From contig CM022672.1 of NCBI GenBank assembly GCA_012295275.1, forward strand, positions 9,176,001 through 9,240,000: a DNA stretch of 64,000 bases. Direction: 5' to 3'. The stretch is from Chrysomallon squamiferum. Its lineage: Eukaryota > Animalia > Mollusca. The notes beneath the pieces are model-generated. The model did no database searches. It was not told the origin of the DNA and saw nothing but the letters and a program-made list of their open reading frames with translations. Position numbers and translations under genes: made by a program. Shown piece after piece: positions 32,661 through 47,593 of the stretch (within the stretch, counting starts at the first letter, position 1; every line of letters starts with the position of its first letter).

Positions 32661-33780
32661 TTGTATATTATATATTTAGCGCTGTTGCAGATACGTATGG
32701 ACAACATGTGCAGGTCATTGAAGTGTTTTCATTTATTAATGTTTTTGCTTTCTGTTCAGAAAAGTTACTTCTTGTAACAATAACCTTGCTTATGCAAGAA
32801 AAACAAGAAGAAGAAGAAGAAGAAGAAGAAGAAAATAAAGAAGAATACAAAAGTTGAAAACTAGAACGAATACGAGAAAAAAAATTAAGAATAGAAAGAT
32901 AATAATAATAAGAAACAAACAAAAACGAAAAAGAGAAAATTTGAACAGAAAGACAGAAGAAAGAAAAAAGAAACAATTAATAATAATAATAATAATAATA
33001 TAAAGAGTAGTAGTAGTAGTAATAGTAGTAGTAATAATAATAATAATAACAAAAACAAAAACAACAAAAAAGTAAGATTATTGTGAAACATGAAAGAACG
33101 AAAGATTGAAAGAAAGAAATACAATCAAAAATAAATTGATAATGATAAAAACGAAAGATAAGAATAAATATATAAAATAAATGTAAAAAAAAAAAAACCC
33201 TACACACAAAGAAAAAGAAGAAAAAAAATAAATAAAAGAAAATAAATAAACAAAAAAAACGTCTGTTTTTATTACATCGCGTATTTCTCTGAATGCGCTT
33301 TAGTTTATTGGTCTGTGCGCGACTTTTTATACATAAACAAAATTTATTATGTCGTAGATGGAAACTGGATTCAGTAATGTTGGAGGCTTTCTTTGTTTCA
33401 GTGCTTGCTTGTTTATAGTTGGGTGTGTCTTACAGGTTATTGTTAATAAAATCTATTTATTTATTTATATATTTACTTGTTGTTGGGGGATATTTAGATC
33501 ATGTTTTTTCAACATAAGTGTGGCATTTCGTTTTATGTATATACTTTTCGACAGTCTTGCAGTATATACATATATTATATACATACACACACTTATATAC
33601 CTACATACATACATACACACATAAATACAAACATAGACGCATAGTTACCTAAATATACACACATAAATACTTTCGTTTATGCATAAATCTATCCATTCAT
33701 TCATCCCAGCTTATAAGTTACTTAGAACAATTATAAAAGACAGTTATTTAACTGCTATTTTTGTTGTCATTACTTACTAA

Positions 33781-33815
<35 letters not shown>

Positions 33816-34681
33816 AAACATAAAACACTGTTTTCTTTCCATGTACTGATATTATGGTGTAAGCGACATTAACACGCGATATTAAAGATAGCGATATTTC
33901 ACGGTGGTTGACGAAAATATTTGCCATCACTGCTAATTGGTTATCCGAGATGCACGTACAACATACCGACGTCACTCACAGACCTTATGTACCATATTGT
34001 TGCTACATTTCGCTTACATTCACAATTATACAATAACACGATCTATTCACGAAAATACGTGAACATTGTAAATGTGATAACGTGTCAAAACGAGGCTGTC
34101 AGAAGTCATTTCTTTAATAGCTAACTCCAGTTGACGAAGAAAAAAGACTGATCTGAAGCTTCGTTTTGCCGAAAGACGACAAAATATTCTTCGAATGCTA
34201 ATTTGTTCATTTACTAACTAGATAGTGTTAAGTTTAAAAAAAAAAAAAAAAATAAATAAAAATAATGATAATAATAATAAAATAAATAAATTAAATTAAA
34301 TTAAAATATCACAAAACACATACAAAAAAAAAAAAACAAACAATAAACAAACCAAACAAAACAAAAGAACAACTAAAAAAACAAAAACAAAAACAGAACA
34401 AAAACAAATAAAACCCTCAAAAAGTTAATCAGCATAAAAAAAAAATAAATAAAATAAAATAAAAGAATAAAAATAAAAATCGCAAACAAATAAAAGAAAA
34501 GAAAACCCTACGCTGTTTATTTATTTCATTTTATTTCATTTTATCCCATTTTAAATATTTTTTTATTTTTCAGTTATCAAATAGTAATGGAAGTGTGCGA
34601 GTTTCCGACGAGACAAGAAAATAACGAGAGTCTAACCACATATTAAGTTTAAACGAGTCTCTGTGATGCACTGCATTATTA

Positions 34682-34746
<65 letters not shown>

Positions 34747-35652
34747 TACATGTAAATAAATCATCGTCGTCATCATAATTTTATTATCATTATCATCATC
34801 ACCATAACTGTTGTTGTTGTTTTTGTTGTTGTTGCTGTAGTTATTGTTGTTGCTGTTGTTACTGTTGCTATTGCATTGCTGGTACTGCATCAATTATCAG
34901 TTATTATTATTGTTATCATTATTCTTGCTACTGATTCTGTTATTATTACTGTTGTTTTTATTATTATTTCTGTCACCTCTGCTAGAATTCTTCATGTATA
35001 TCTGCGGTTTAGGCGTCTTCGTCTTACTTCAGAATCCGAGCTTAGTTCTGTAAAATTTGGGGCATTGCAGTAAAATTACTCTCCATCATGGTATTATAAG
35101 CAAGAGGCGAATTCTTTCAATTTGTTCCACGCAATGCAATAAATACATTAGAAAGGCGACAGGTGCACAGTTCCGCCACATTACAAGCTGAAAATGTCCT
35201 GGTTCGCTGATGCTAATGAAAAACTTGTTATCATTTGCTGAATTAACGACTTTACCAATAAATCTGAATGGCCGTGCCCGCGTCGACGATAACATCGCCC
35301 TCAACAACTGCGCGCATTAATTCGAGCAGCTTTCATGTTAAAGTGTTTTATCGAATTAAGAAGAAGAAGAGGAAAAAAGAGCAACCTTAATTTCTCGGTT
35401 GAAGACGTACAGATTTATTTATTGATCTTTATCGAGTTTTATTCTTCTCCAGTTATCTCTAACCTACTGGGTGGAATTGGCACAACCGTCAATTTCCAGC
35501 TTTTAGTATCGTTTGGTTCCACAGATTCTGAAGGATTTTTTTTCCTTTTATGTCGTTGTTTTTTGAGGGTTTGTTTTTTTTTTTTGTTTTTGTTTTTGTT
35601 TTTCTTTTTTTATTGTATTCTCATTTTATTTCTTGTATTATTATTTTTTTTC

Positions 35653-35695
<43 letters not shown>

Positions 35696-35955
35696 TTTTG
35701 TATATTTGATACAATTTTGAAAATTTATTTTTATCTAATTTCTTTCTTTTTTCTTCTTTTTTTCTTTTTTTTCTTCTCTATTTCATTATTAATTGTTCGG
35801 AATTTCATTGTTTATTTATTTATTCATTTATTTATTTATTTGTTTATTATTATTATTTTTTTTAGTTTTTATTTATTTATTTCTATCTGTTCATGAGTCA
35901 GTGTGAGTTTGTGTATATTTGTATGTTTTAAATTATGTAATTACTGGCTGAACAT

Positions 35956-36013
<58 letters not shown>

Positions 36014-36781
36014 CAGAAATCTCAGCAGTATTTCATTTTAATTTATTTTTTATATCAAAGAGATTTTTTAGTTAGGTAATTACGATATGCTTTCCAATTA
36101 TAATTCTACATAAATTGCAACGATTGCGTGATTTCAGGTAGTTAATTTTTATACTTCACAAAAAGATTCAAAGTCTTCGTCTCTGGAGATTAATAATTAG
36201 GCTTTAATCAAAGGGAAATAACTCTTCCATGGACATTAATATTTTATCTTATTCTTTAATGGATTAACGTTTATCACAAACGTAATTTTAGTTTTCTGCC
36301 AGTTTCACAATCATCTGTAGTTGTAGTTCCTGAGAATGAAGCGTTTATTATGATGAGTTTTATTAGTTTTATTTGTTAAAAAATGTTGACTTTGGAGACC
36401 GCACCATCAAGAGGAGCTGCAAATGCTAAAAACCTGTCTATATCATTAACATTTCATAGCATGCAAATTGTTGATAATTTTTCATCGCATTCTCCAGGGA
36501 TACCATCAAAGTCACAATCGGGCGTCGAGAAAAACAACAAGAGATAAGTCAGACTAGTCGATGCGAAAAAAATGCAAAGATATTGGTGTTAATCACTCGC
36601 GGCGGAGTAATTAACGTCAAGAAAGATGTGAAAAATCCGGACGTGTGTTTGTTTTATCGGGCCTTTAACGGCTGCGTTAAGGCCGAGTGAGGGGCAGATT
36701 GGAAACCAGATGTTTTTCAACGTTTTGTCGGATAATTTCAACTTTCTGTCAACACCTACTCAATATTTCTACATTTTCGTT

Positions 36782-36828
<47 letters not shown>

Positions 36829-37580
36829 CTTCTTCTCCTTTCTCCACTTTCTGGAGAAGAGATTGCATTGGCCACCCAGCCGGTGCGCGCGCGCGTGAAA
36901 TGGCCCGGATGGTGAAAGGAACACGCAGATTTACAGGGTTAACTTTTACCCATTTAGATAGAGAGCGAAGATAAATGTACAGAGGTTGCAGCAAACAGTT
37001 TTCTTTCAACTTTAATTTCCAAAACATTTTGGTATTTTCAGCCACATCTATGTAAACACGCATTTATTATGTTGTAAAATATACGCTGGCGATTAACGAG
37101 CCGTGTTAAGGTAAATACAGAATGACAGCGAAAACCGTAACTCTGGTCGGCAGAATATTAAAGTCAACATAACTAATTTTACATTCCATCAGTGTATATG
37201 CTTGTTTACAGTTCAAAACATCAATTTACAGCCGTATGATTGATAAATGTGCCGTGCAAAAAGATTGTCAAAACGCTTTTGCAGGCTGGAATAACATGTA
37301 TCTATGGTTTTCAGTTTTTGTTTTCATTTCCGACGCGGCAGACACGCTCAATCTGCGCAGACTTTTTGTGATGATCCGTGAATAAGTATCGACTGTGGCA
37401 CTTATTAATTAGATTTGTGGCGAAATGCAAATACAGCATCAACCGCAAAAACTGAGAAAATTAATCATTAAAAACTTTATTATTATTAATGTTCTTGTTG
37501 CTAATGTTTTTTGGTTATTATTGTTTTTGTTTTTTATTGTTATTGTTAATATTATTATAATTATTATTATTATCATTATC

Positions 37581-37616
<36 letters not shown>

Positions 37617-38214
37617 GTTATTATATGCATATATCTTATATATTTTTTTATATTGTGTAATATCATTTTATTTATTTATTCATTGATGTATTAATTAATT
37701 AGTTAATTAGTTTTATTGTTATCAGTTTAGTTACTATTTTATACTAAACTAAAAGGAGAGGGGGCGGTGAAGAAGAAAGATAAAAACGAAAAGCGAATAA
37801 CACTACAAATAATATTAATTTCAGAACAATTTGTTGAAATACTAAGATACTGTTCTTATGTCGACACATTGTCTAAATTGGTGCTAATATATTTGTCAAA
37901 CGATTTCGTAATACAAGAATACAATATAATAAATAATTAAAAATAATAATAAATCAAAAATCAAACATAAAAAAAAAAATTAAAAATCAAAATTAAAATT
38001 TAAAAAAAATCAAAATAAATAAATGCATATATAAATACATAAATCTTCTCCATTCTCAAAGGCATGGTTAAAAAAATAAGTAGGTAAGTAAGTCAGTAAG
38101 TAAGTAAATAAATAAATAAATAATGAACAAATGAAAAAAAATAAAACGTTCTTGTTCTTTCTATCACACTAATGCTGATAATATATGTATATATGTATAT
38201 ATATATAAATTTCA

Positions 38215-38246
<32 letters not shown>

Positions 38247-39024
38247 TCTAAGATCAGTTAAATATGATTTTAGGCAAAATTAATAAATATTTTCCACAAT
38301 CATCATTTCAGTGTAAAGATAAGAGGCCTTCGGATCCACTTTCAGTCATTATGACGTCATATAAAAATCCAGTTTCAGCCGATGCCCCTTGATAAGTTTG
38401 CTTTCCTGTTTGTGAAAAGGTGCCTGCAAAAAGAATACTTGCTGTTAAAAAAAGAGTACCCTATAGCGTGGCGGAAGTGAGTTTCAATGTAAAGCGGGCG
38501 CAATTATAAAATCTTAGATTCCTAATGTTCCGACTGCTTTGTTAAATAAAATATTTCGTCAAAAATGAATTTATCGAATTATGTATTACGAAAGGGCGTG
38601 TGCGCGCCTGTGTATTTACATGTCTGCATGTTTATATATCTATCAAATAAATTATATTTAAAGGGAAAAAATTGGTTATTTCAGTGAAAATGAAATGCAA
38701 AATAATGATTAGTACAAAAAGTCCTATAAGGTCGAGTTAACAGTTCAGATTACTTCAGTTCGATGATTTATAATAAAAAGAAAGACGAGATAAAAATTAT
38801 GAAATTTTAGAAAAATGTGCTTGCACCTTTAATGTCTTCTCCTACAAAAACAGTTGATACTACCTCATGTATTACTATTTAAACTACTGATAAACCAAAA
38901 TCCCTCCAAAGAATTATGGAAATAATAAAAACTCTCTAAAAATCCGAATCAGGGCATGTAATGAAAATAATGATGATTGCCAAATGATCAGTGAATGTCA
39001 AAACAACAACAACTGTATTAACAT

Positions 39025-39285
39025 TAATAATAATAATAATAATTATAAAAATAAAAAGAAGAAGAAGAAGAAGAAGAAGAAAAAGAGGAAGAAAAAAAGA
39101 AGAAGAAGAAGAAGAAGAAGAAGAAGAAGAAGACGAAGGTGAAAAAGAAGAGAAACAATATAAATCAAATAATAATCAAATTAATTCTAATGATATTAAC
39201 AAGAACAACAAGAACAAAAGCTACATAAACAGAAAGACAAATTACCCCAATCACAATTAAAGGTAAAATAATAACCATACTTTAA
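39025..39285 (+). repeat. Local direct duplication, copy A: (AAT)n(GAA)n plus unique tail
   Basis: Tail aacaacaagaacaaaagctacataaacagaaagacaaattaNcccaatcacaattaaaggtaaaataa is shared with 43485-43712. Confidence 0.8.
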
Positions 39286-41369
39286 AACTGATCTTCCTAA
39301 TCTTGTATATGATTACATAAGATTTATCTTATGTAATCAGTTTCTACAGTTCTCAAACAAAACAGTTCTAACAGTGGAGTCGTGTATCAAAGCCTTATTT
39401 TTGATTCAGTCTGTGTTGCACTGCTCTGAATTAATCAGTCATTAATTTTAAAAATAGAGGCTTTTAACCTACACGTTTATATTTACGAATCTGATTCCGG
39501 GTGTCTCGTAAAATGTCTGTTTATTATTCTGTTCATATTGATCCATCTTAAAGTACATGTATTATGTTACAAAAGCAATTATTCAAAAGAGGTTCTAGAT
39601 GTTTATTTACACAACTGCTATTACAACTATTCCACTGCTATTACTGTTACGACAACGTCTATCATAATATTGCTACTACTAGCATAATACTAATGCTACT
39701 GCTACTTTTATTATTCCTTCAATACTATTATTAATACAGCTATTTCTACTGCTATTAGTTCTAATACTACTACTACTACCATTACAGCTTCTACCATTCC
39801 AACCATCACTACTACTACAACTAACACTACTACTACTATTACAATTACAGCTTCTACCATTCCAACCATCACTACTACTACTACTTTTAGTACTTACTAC
39901 TACGATAACTACTACTGTTACCAGAGCTACCACCACCACCATCACTACTACTATTACTACTACTACTACTTCTAGGGAATAGCACTACGCATAATATCGC
40001 ATACTACGTGACTTGGTATTATCAAAGAGACGTTTCTTTCTGTTTCCCTTCACACTGAAATGACCTATTATGGATTTGAATGTCATTTATTGTGATTAGA
40101 AACAAGGCCGACTATTGAGTCAGAGCAGGTGTTATTGTAATTACCTTCTCTCACGTAAACGAAATTAATTAATTACCAACTAACACAACAGAGAGTAATC
40201 TGCTTGAGTGATATCACACAGAATCAACCATCACAAAGACATTTTCACTGGTTAGTCTAATGCATGCATGTAATTTTTATTATTATTATTTTTTTTAAAT
40301 ACTTCATATATACTTTAATATTGTTTGTTCCAACAGTTGTCAGAGACCTAATGGCATCAACAATAGTAATAAGCGACTAGATTCAACATTCTCAGCAGCA
40401 CAGTAAAATAATAGTTGTGGTTGTTGATGCTGTTGTTTTAGCACTAGCAATAGTAATAATAGTAGTTGTTGTAGCAGTAGTAGTATGATGTAAAAGTAAT
40501 AGCAAAAATGGTAGTGGTAGTAGTAGAAGCAGAAATAGTGGTTGTTTTTGTAATAGTAGTAATAACTGTGTTGTTATTGTATTTGTTACTAATAATAATG
40601 GTAACAGTTGTAACAGTATTACTATTAGTAATGATATTAGTATTTGTATCAATATTAGTATTTGTAGTAGTAGTAGTAGTAACAGTAGTAGTAGCATTAA
40701 AAGTAATAACAGTAGTTGTAGAAGAAGGAAAAGGGGAAGGACGAGGAGTGAGTTGATGGTGTTAATAGCACAAACAACGTCATCATCATCATCAACAACA
40801 GCTAAACAATAACAACAAAAACAACAACAACAACAATAATAATAACTCACTAATAAATAAAACATTACAAAAAATAAACAACAAGAAGTAGAAATAGAAA
40901 TCGTGGTTGTAGTACAAGCTGTAGTAGTAGAAGTAGCAATAGTAGTAATTGGTGTTGTTTTAGTGGTTGTAACAGAACTTATAGTTATGGTAACAATAAT
41001 GACAGTATCAATATTAATGGTATTAATATAATATCAGTAGACGTAGCAGCAGTAGCAGTAATATTAATAGCAATAATAGTAGGGGGAGAAGGGGAAGGAA
41101 AAGGAATAAGATGCTAATGATAATAATACAAACATCATCATCATCATAATCAACAACAACAACAACAACAATAATAATAATAATAATAAATCAGTAATAA
41201 TAATAAATAAAAACAAAAAACAAAAATCATTACCAAAAAATTGCAACAACACAGTTGAAGAAACGCATCAATGAATGACCAATCAATGACTTATTAAGGC
41301 TAAAGATTTCCTCGTTAACACCTTTTTTTTTTTTCTCTTCATTCTAAATACTTGTATTCACTGACACAG

Positions 41370-41603
41370 CCAGCTCGTCGGAACACCTGCTTACAAAAAT
41401 CAATACCGTCAATCAGGAAACACGACGATGTCTGATAAAAGACACTGCACGACAACACGATAAAACGACGCACAGCCTCCACGACTCGGGCAGCGAAGAG
41501 GCCTCGCAGAAAATGAAGTCTCTGGCGAGAATGAGGACGATTTCGGAAGAACAGAGCGACACGAAGAAAAATGGCAAACCCAGTGGACAGACATGGAACA
41601 AAG
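41370..41603 (+). CDS. Probable upstream exon of the filamin-like gene (coding from ATG 41513, or 5'UTR/uORF)
   Basis: GC-richer island with acceptor ...ctgacacag| and strong donor AAAG|GTACGT. The frame MKSLARMRTISEEQSDTKKNGKPSGQTWNK splices in frame (phase 1) to 46031. No recognisable domain. Confidence 0.45.
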
Positions 41604-42822
41604 GTACGTACGTGGGTAGTGAAAACCCTTATGTAACGAAATAGCCGTGACCTAATGTTCCTGTTATGGTTGTTGTTGTTCTTGTCGTTCTCGTGTTGTG
41701 TCGCGTATGTAACATTGATTACCTCGAATGTGGGCGTTGGTCGAAAATTTATGTCATAGTGTCTGACAGAATGGATTTGAGAAACTAGATTTAGAAACAG
41801 ACATTTGTAAGTCTGCATTGAAATTTAAAACACTGTAAGCGAAAGCTTTATGAACTGACTGCAGTCGATAATCACACTGCGGTTAGCGCCAGCTTAGCGC
41901 ATGTGAATTCAATAGATTATCTACGTACCGTGTCTTTGACGAATTTCAATATCGGGGTGGGAAAACGACAGAATCAGAATTTCAGGAAATATATATATAT
42001 AAACAAGCTACTTCATTGGTGTGCAAACTTTCTAATATGATGTAATAATGCAATAATGATGGTGATAATGATGTTCATGATGATGATGATGACATAGCTG
42101 TGAAGTATCATCTTTAATTATTATGTTTTTATATAATATGTCCCATTCGATAATAATAAAAAAATAACAAAAATACCCCCCCCCAAACAACCATAAAACA
42201 AAATAAATAAATAATAATAATACTTTTAATAAATAAAAATTAACAGTTATAAATTAACAGTTTTTAAAACTATTTGACATATTGTTAGTTGCTGAAATTC
42301 ATCTTGACACTGTGGTATACTTATATATCAGCTGAATGGATAATTTTTGGATATTTAAAATGAGAGACTATGTTTAGATTCCATTTATATTTGGTTTTAT
42401 AGAATTACACGTTATCCAGTCAACAGTGGTTTTTAATTAACTGTTAGATAAAAACAGCAATGTAGAAATAGACTGTTGCTATTTATATGACTAATATATA
42501 TATATATTTTTTCTGTCTTTCGCTCTTCATTGGTGAGATTTCTTTCTTTCTTATATATTAAACCAGCGGGCTGTAGCAAGTACTTTATAATTATTCGCAC
42601 TGCCGAGATATGGTATGTCCCAGGAGGTTCAGTTTGGTTCAGAACGTCCGGAGTCAAAATGTTCCCACTATTCTGGCCTAGACGTTCCACTGCTCACCGT
42701 TCAAAACTTCAGCTTATACTGTAGAAATAAGTAAATTTAATTCATCATTATTCACTTTTTTCTCTTTCTTTCTTTTTTTTTAAATATTTTTTTTTATTGG
42801 TCTTTGTTTTCATTTTATTTTG

Positions 42823-42892
42823 ACCAGGGGACGTTTTGACATGGGACCGTTTTGATAGGGGGTAGTTTTGGCTGGGGAACATTTTGGCTGGC
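42823..42892. repeat. Short array of about 15-bp GGGGACGTTTTGAC-like units
   Basis: Four to five degenerate copies (ggggacgttttgac, gggaccgttttgat, ggggtagttttggc, ggggaacattttggc). Possibly a relic of a non-autonomous DNA element. Confidence 0.5.
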
Positions 42893-43275
42893 AAACTTCA
42901 GTTCTCCTCAGCGTCTCCTCTTCTATACCACTCTCATGTGATGGACAGTTGGATATAAAATATCTCTGAGAAAGAAACACTGTAATTTGTTCTAGCGGGT
43001 TTCCCATCTTGTATTCTCATTAGCAGGAATTATATGACTTCAGGACAGTTAATATTAAAGAGTTGTCATATTGTTCTACATTCGTTTCGTTTCTTGGTTA
43101 TGTACCAGACTTTTATATGCCTGAAATTAGGTAGCTTCATCTTCTGAATTTCTGATTTCAAAGTACATAATTCAGGATTATTTGCGAGGCAGCATTGCGT
43201 TTGATGTCATTATGATTAAGATTTAAATATTTATGATATAGATATACTGTTATAAATTAACATCGTTGTCTTTAA

Positions 43276-43334
<59 letters not shown>

Positions 43335-43484
43335 TTATCTGTTAGTCGCGCTGTCAGTTTCTCCATCTCTGTCAGTTTCTATCAGTCTGTCCCTCTGTTT
43401 GTTCAACTGCTATTAGCGTATTCTAGTACTGCTATTACTTTAAGTGTAACTGGTATAATAATGCATCCATGACTATAACAATAA

Positions 43485-43485
43485 C

Positions 43486-43551
<66 letters not shown>

Positions 43552-43712
43552 AAGAAGAAGAAACAGAAGAAGAAGAAGGAGAAGAAGAACAGAAATAATA
43601 ATAATCAAACAATTCTAATAATATTAACAACAACAACAAGAACAAAAGCTACATAAACAGAAAGACAAATTAACCCAATCACAATTAAAGGTAAAATAAC
43701 AAAAACCTTAAA
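43485..43712 (+). repeat. Local direct duplication, copy B of 39025-39285
   Basis: Same compound microsatellite and unique tail of about 100 bp. Confidence 0.8.
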
Positions 43713-44446
43713 TAGTAAAACAGCAGTAACAGTGGTAATATTAATAGATAATAATAAAAACATGACAATAATTATGAAGATGATGAGTATGAAAAACAAA
43801 GACAGATCAACAAGAAAAACAGAATAAATTCTTTTTTTGTTTTATTTTTATCTTTCTGTTCATCTTTATTTTTTAATTTTTTAAATTTAATTTTTAACTA
43901 TTTTTTTTTTTTAACTTGAAAAAAATCTTAATTAAAGTGGTAACACGTGTTCAGTAATGATTTTTAAATTTTAATTTTTTTACCTTCCCGGCTCGAGAGA
44001 CTAAATTCGTGACACAAATCAATACACAGTGACGTTGTTAGTGTATGTACAATGATCATTCCAATTGCCAAGGTAACAATTCATCGCTGTCTGTCTGAAC
44101 TAACGTGGGTAAGCACAAAAAAAAAGAAAAGAAAAAAAAATAAAAAAAATACCTTTACAAAATATGACTTAACAATCTAAGAAGCTGTAGAAACGAAACG
44201 CTATATTTTTGATAATACGTTTCTGTTCATCCGTTAAAATATCAGTGCTTATTTTCATCGATATTCAGGTAAATATTACTTTCTTTAGTTCTTACTTTAT
44301 TTTTTTTTTGTCTTGTTTACTTTATTTATTTTATTTTCTAGATGTCTGGCTGTATTTTTATCTATCTATGCATCTATTTATCTACACATCTGTCTAATTC
44401 TTTGTCTATCTATCTATATATTTATCTAACTGTATCTGTCTACCTA

Positions 44447-44510
<64 letters not shown>

Positions 44511-45087
44511 CTTATGCATTTACTTTTTACTGGTTTTTTTCTAAATTTTATTTTATTCTATTCTCTTTCATTTCATTTTTTTTTTCTTTTTCTTTTCTTT
44601 TGTTTTTTCGTTTATTTTTATTGGATTTTATTTTGTTGTTTCAAATATTTTAATTTAATTTAATTTAATTTAATTTAATTTAATTTAATTTAATTTCATT
44701 TCATTTCATTTTTATTTTGTGTTTCGTGTTACAACTACCTTAGTACAGACGGGAAAACATGCAATTTGGTCGTGAAATTCTTGTTATAGGACGGAAACTG
44801 AATTAAATTTCAGAAAATAGAATAGAATGCAGAATCAGATGTAAGCAAACACACACATACACACTCGCTCACACACGTACACACAGCATGCATACACACA
44901 CACATAATATACATATTAATAAATACATACAGAGAAGGTATTTTATATTATGCGTAGATTCACAACACTCACACACACAAACACACACACACGCACACAC
45001 ACACAAAATCATACAAATGCAAATCAAACCCGTTTAACGTATTATTTTGTTTGTAATAATATGTACATTACTTTACGCTGTTTGTGT

Positions 45088-45238
45088 TCATCACGAGACT
45101 CGCAGAATAAAATATAAAGTATAATGTTCAGTCTGATCCTTTTATTCATTTATTTATTGAAACGTCCATTTCACGTATATAGAGTTACACTCATCGATGC
45201 ATGAAACATACCCACTAGAGTGAAAAATCTCTCATAAT
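45088..45238 (+). mobile_element. Dispersed repeat fragment (probable non-autonomous transposon), copy 1
   Basis: By manual alignment, about 10 mismatches in about 151 bp to the reverse complement of 60193-60343. Family not identified. Confidence 0.7.
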
Positions 45239-46030
45239 TACGGAAGCAAGATGATATACAGACATAGATTCCTAATCTGAAAGATATCTACCAGTAATTA
45301 TATGTAATGGCACAGACTGTAAGATAAAACTGTACTGACTTCGTTGTTAAATAAAACATTTATTCTCTTTTCCCCCACCTCCATTACAGCACAATGAAAC
45401 AGTCATTATCCTAGACAAGAGTATCCCCACGTTGCTGCAGCTTTAATTATTTACATGCTTTTTCAGTTCGTTTGTTAACTTTATATTTCAGTGCACATAT
45501 AGCGATGGCATAGGTATAATGATGATGACAACGACGTCGACGTTGATAATTGTGATAATTGTGATGATGTTAATGACGACAGCAATGAGAAAATAATCAT
45601 TACAAAAAAAAAAAAAATGTTTTTAGTAGTCATTATATTAAAAAGAATCTTTGACGGTAAAAATAAATGTGTTATTTGTTATTCTTCAACACATCGATTA
45701 GTGAAGTCGTTGCGTGCATGACGTCACTGCAAATGGCTCTGTACATAAAATTTTAACTTTGCCCTATGGGTATTATACTTTATTATTAGCTAACGCTGAA
45801 CAGCAAAATAAATAAATAAATAAATAAATAATAAACAAAACAAAAACAAAAACAAAACAAACCAAACCAAACGAAACAAAATAAAATAAAATAAGATAAA
45901 ATAAAATATAGATTTATCTGGAAGTATGCAGAATATATTTACAATACATTATTTCATCGTATCACCAGACGTACACTTTACTAGTAGAACGTATCAGCAG
46001 TATGTTAACTGTTTTGTCATTTGGTTTTAG

Positions 46031-46235
46031 AGAAAATGCTGACTAACAGGCGTGCTTGGGCCGCTCTGAAGAAAACACTGTGGTGGTGTTTAACGTCTTT
46101 CTTCCATCCTATGGAACTTGAACCCATTCAGCGTCATCAGACGTCGTCACGCAAGACTCTACTACATGAAAACCGACGACAGCATCATTGCAAAACCAAG
46201 GTGGACGGATATCCTGTTAAATATTTTAATGTCAG
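46031..46235 (+). CDS. Filamin-like gene, exon with ambiguous reading frame (possible start ATG 46166: MKTDDSIIAKPRWTDILLNILMS)
   Basis: Acceptor ttggttttag|AG and donor GTCAG|GTAAT. The frame containing ATG 46166 has C-ending codon bias and splices in phase to the CH exon at 47594. Confidence 0.55.
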
Positions 46236-46799
46236 GTAATTTCGTGTTTAAACAAAACTATTATTATTATTCATATTATTATTATTCATATTATTATTAT
46301 TTACTATTATTATTCATTATTTATATTATTCATATTATAATTGTTATTATTATTACTTTAATTATTATTATCATTGTTGTTGTTGTTGTTGTTGCTGCTG
46401 TTGTTGTCAATCTCATCATCATAATATTCATCATAAAGATTATCATCGCCATCATCATTGTTATTATTACAAGTAGCAGCAGAAGAACTATTATTTCTGT
46501 TATTATCTCTTCTAGAAATAGTATTTCTCCTGTTACTACTACTACTGCTACTATTAGTACTACTACTACTACCACTAATATTGTTACTTCAACTCAATAT
46601 CGGTAAAGGAGCTAATGTTATATGATTTTATTTACTTGCTATTACTGTTTGGAAATTCACAAGTCAAAAAAACCAAAGCAAAACAAAACAACAACAAACA
46701 AACAAGGAAATATTCAAAAAGACGCATAACCTCCTTTTTGAAAAGAAACGTCAACGATGACTATGACGATAAATGATAAAGATAGTCTTCATCACCGTC

Positions 46800-46852
<53 letters not shown>

Positions 46853-47593
46853 CATCATCATCATCTGACTTATTTGTCAAGGTTTATGAACTTTTGTGTG
46901 TGTGAGCGACCGGAGAGGTTTGTCATAATCAATCGGAATCCCAGTAGATTTGAAAATAGTCTTCTCAAGGTCATAACATAATTTTGTTTACTTAACCTTC
47001 CAGTCAGTAATAGGAAATAAAATTTGTTTATTTTAATAATCAGGACAAAATATAGCTGACAGGGAGCTAGAGTTTACTGTTTGTTTATTTTGTTATTTTA
47101 TTTCATTTTATTTTATTAATTTATCTGTGTTATTTTTGGTGAATTTGATAAGCAGTGAATTAAAACTATATTACTGTTCTCAACATAAAAAGAACAGTAT
47201 AACACAAGACAATAAATTATGAACAACATAATTTAATACTTTACAGAATAACAATAACGATAGAAAACAATCCAATCCGACAGAACACAAAACAACACAA
47301 AGCACTGCTGTGCAGTACTATTCAGTTCAGTGTAAACGAATACAATGCAACGTAACACAATGAGCACACACACACACACGTACACACATACACACAAATA
47401 ATAATAAAATACACCGCAACAACATGCATAAAATGACAAATCCCATACTTTCATTGCTGTTGTCTTTGAATGTTGGTTCTTTTTTTTTTTTTTTTTTTTT
47501 TTTAAAGTTTCAACTTCATGTAGTTTTTCCATTTAATTAGCCGATTAACTTATTCAACAGTTAAAATATTTGATTTCTTACTTTCCATCAAAG

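Noticed and set aside
41464-41603. Alternative frame ending QWTDMEQR, reminiscent of the filamin CH1 start
   Set aside because: Preceded by an in-frame TAA, splicing to 46031 hits a stop, and no CH1 exon was found downstream.
42433-43007. Short minus-strand ORFs within the filamin-like intron (possible nested gene)
   Set aside because: Stops follow the candidate acceptor in all frames, and there is no recognisable homology.
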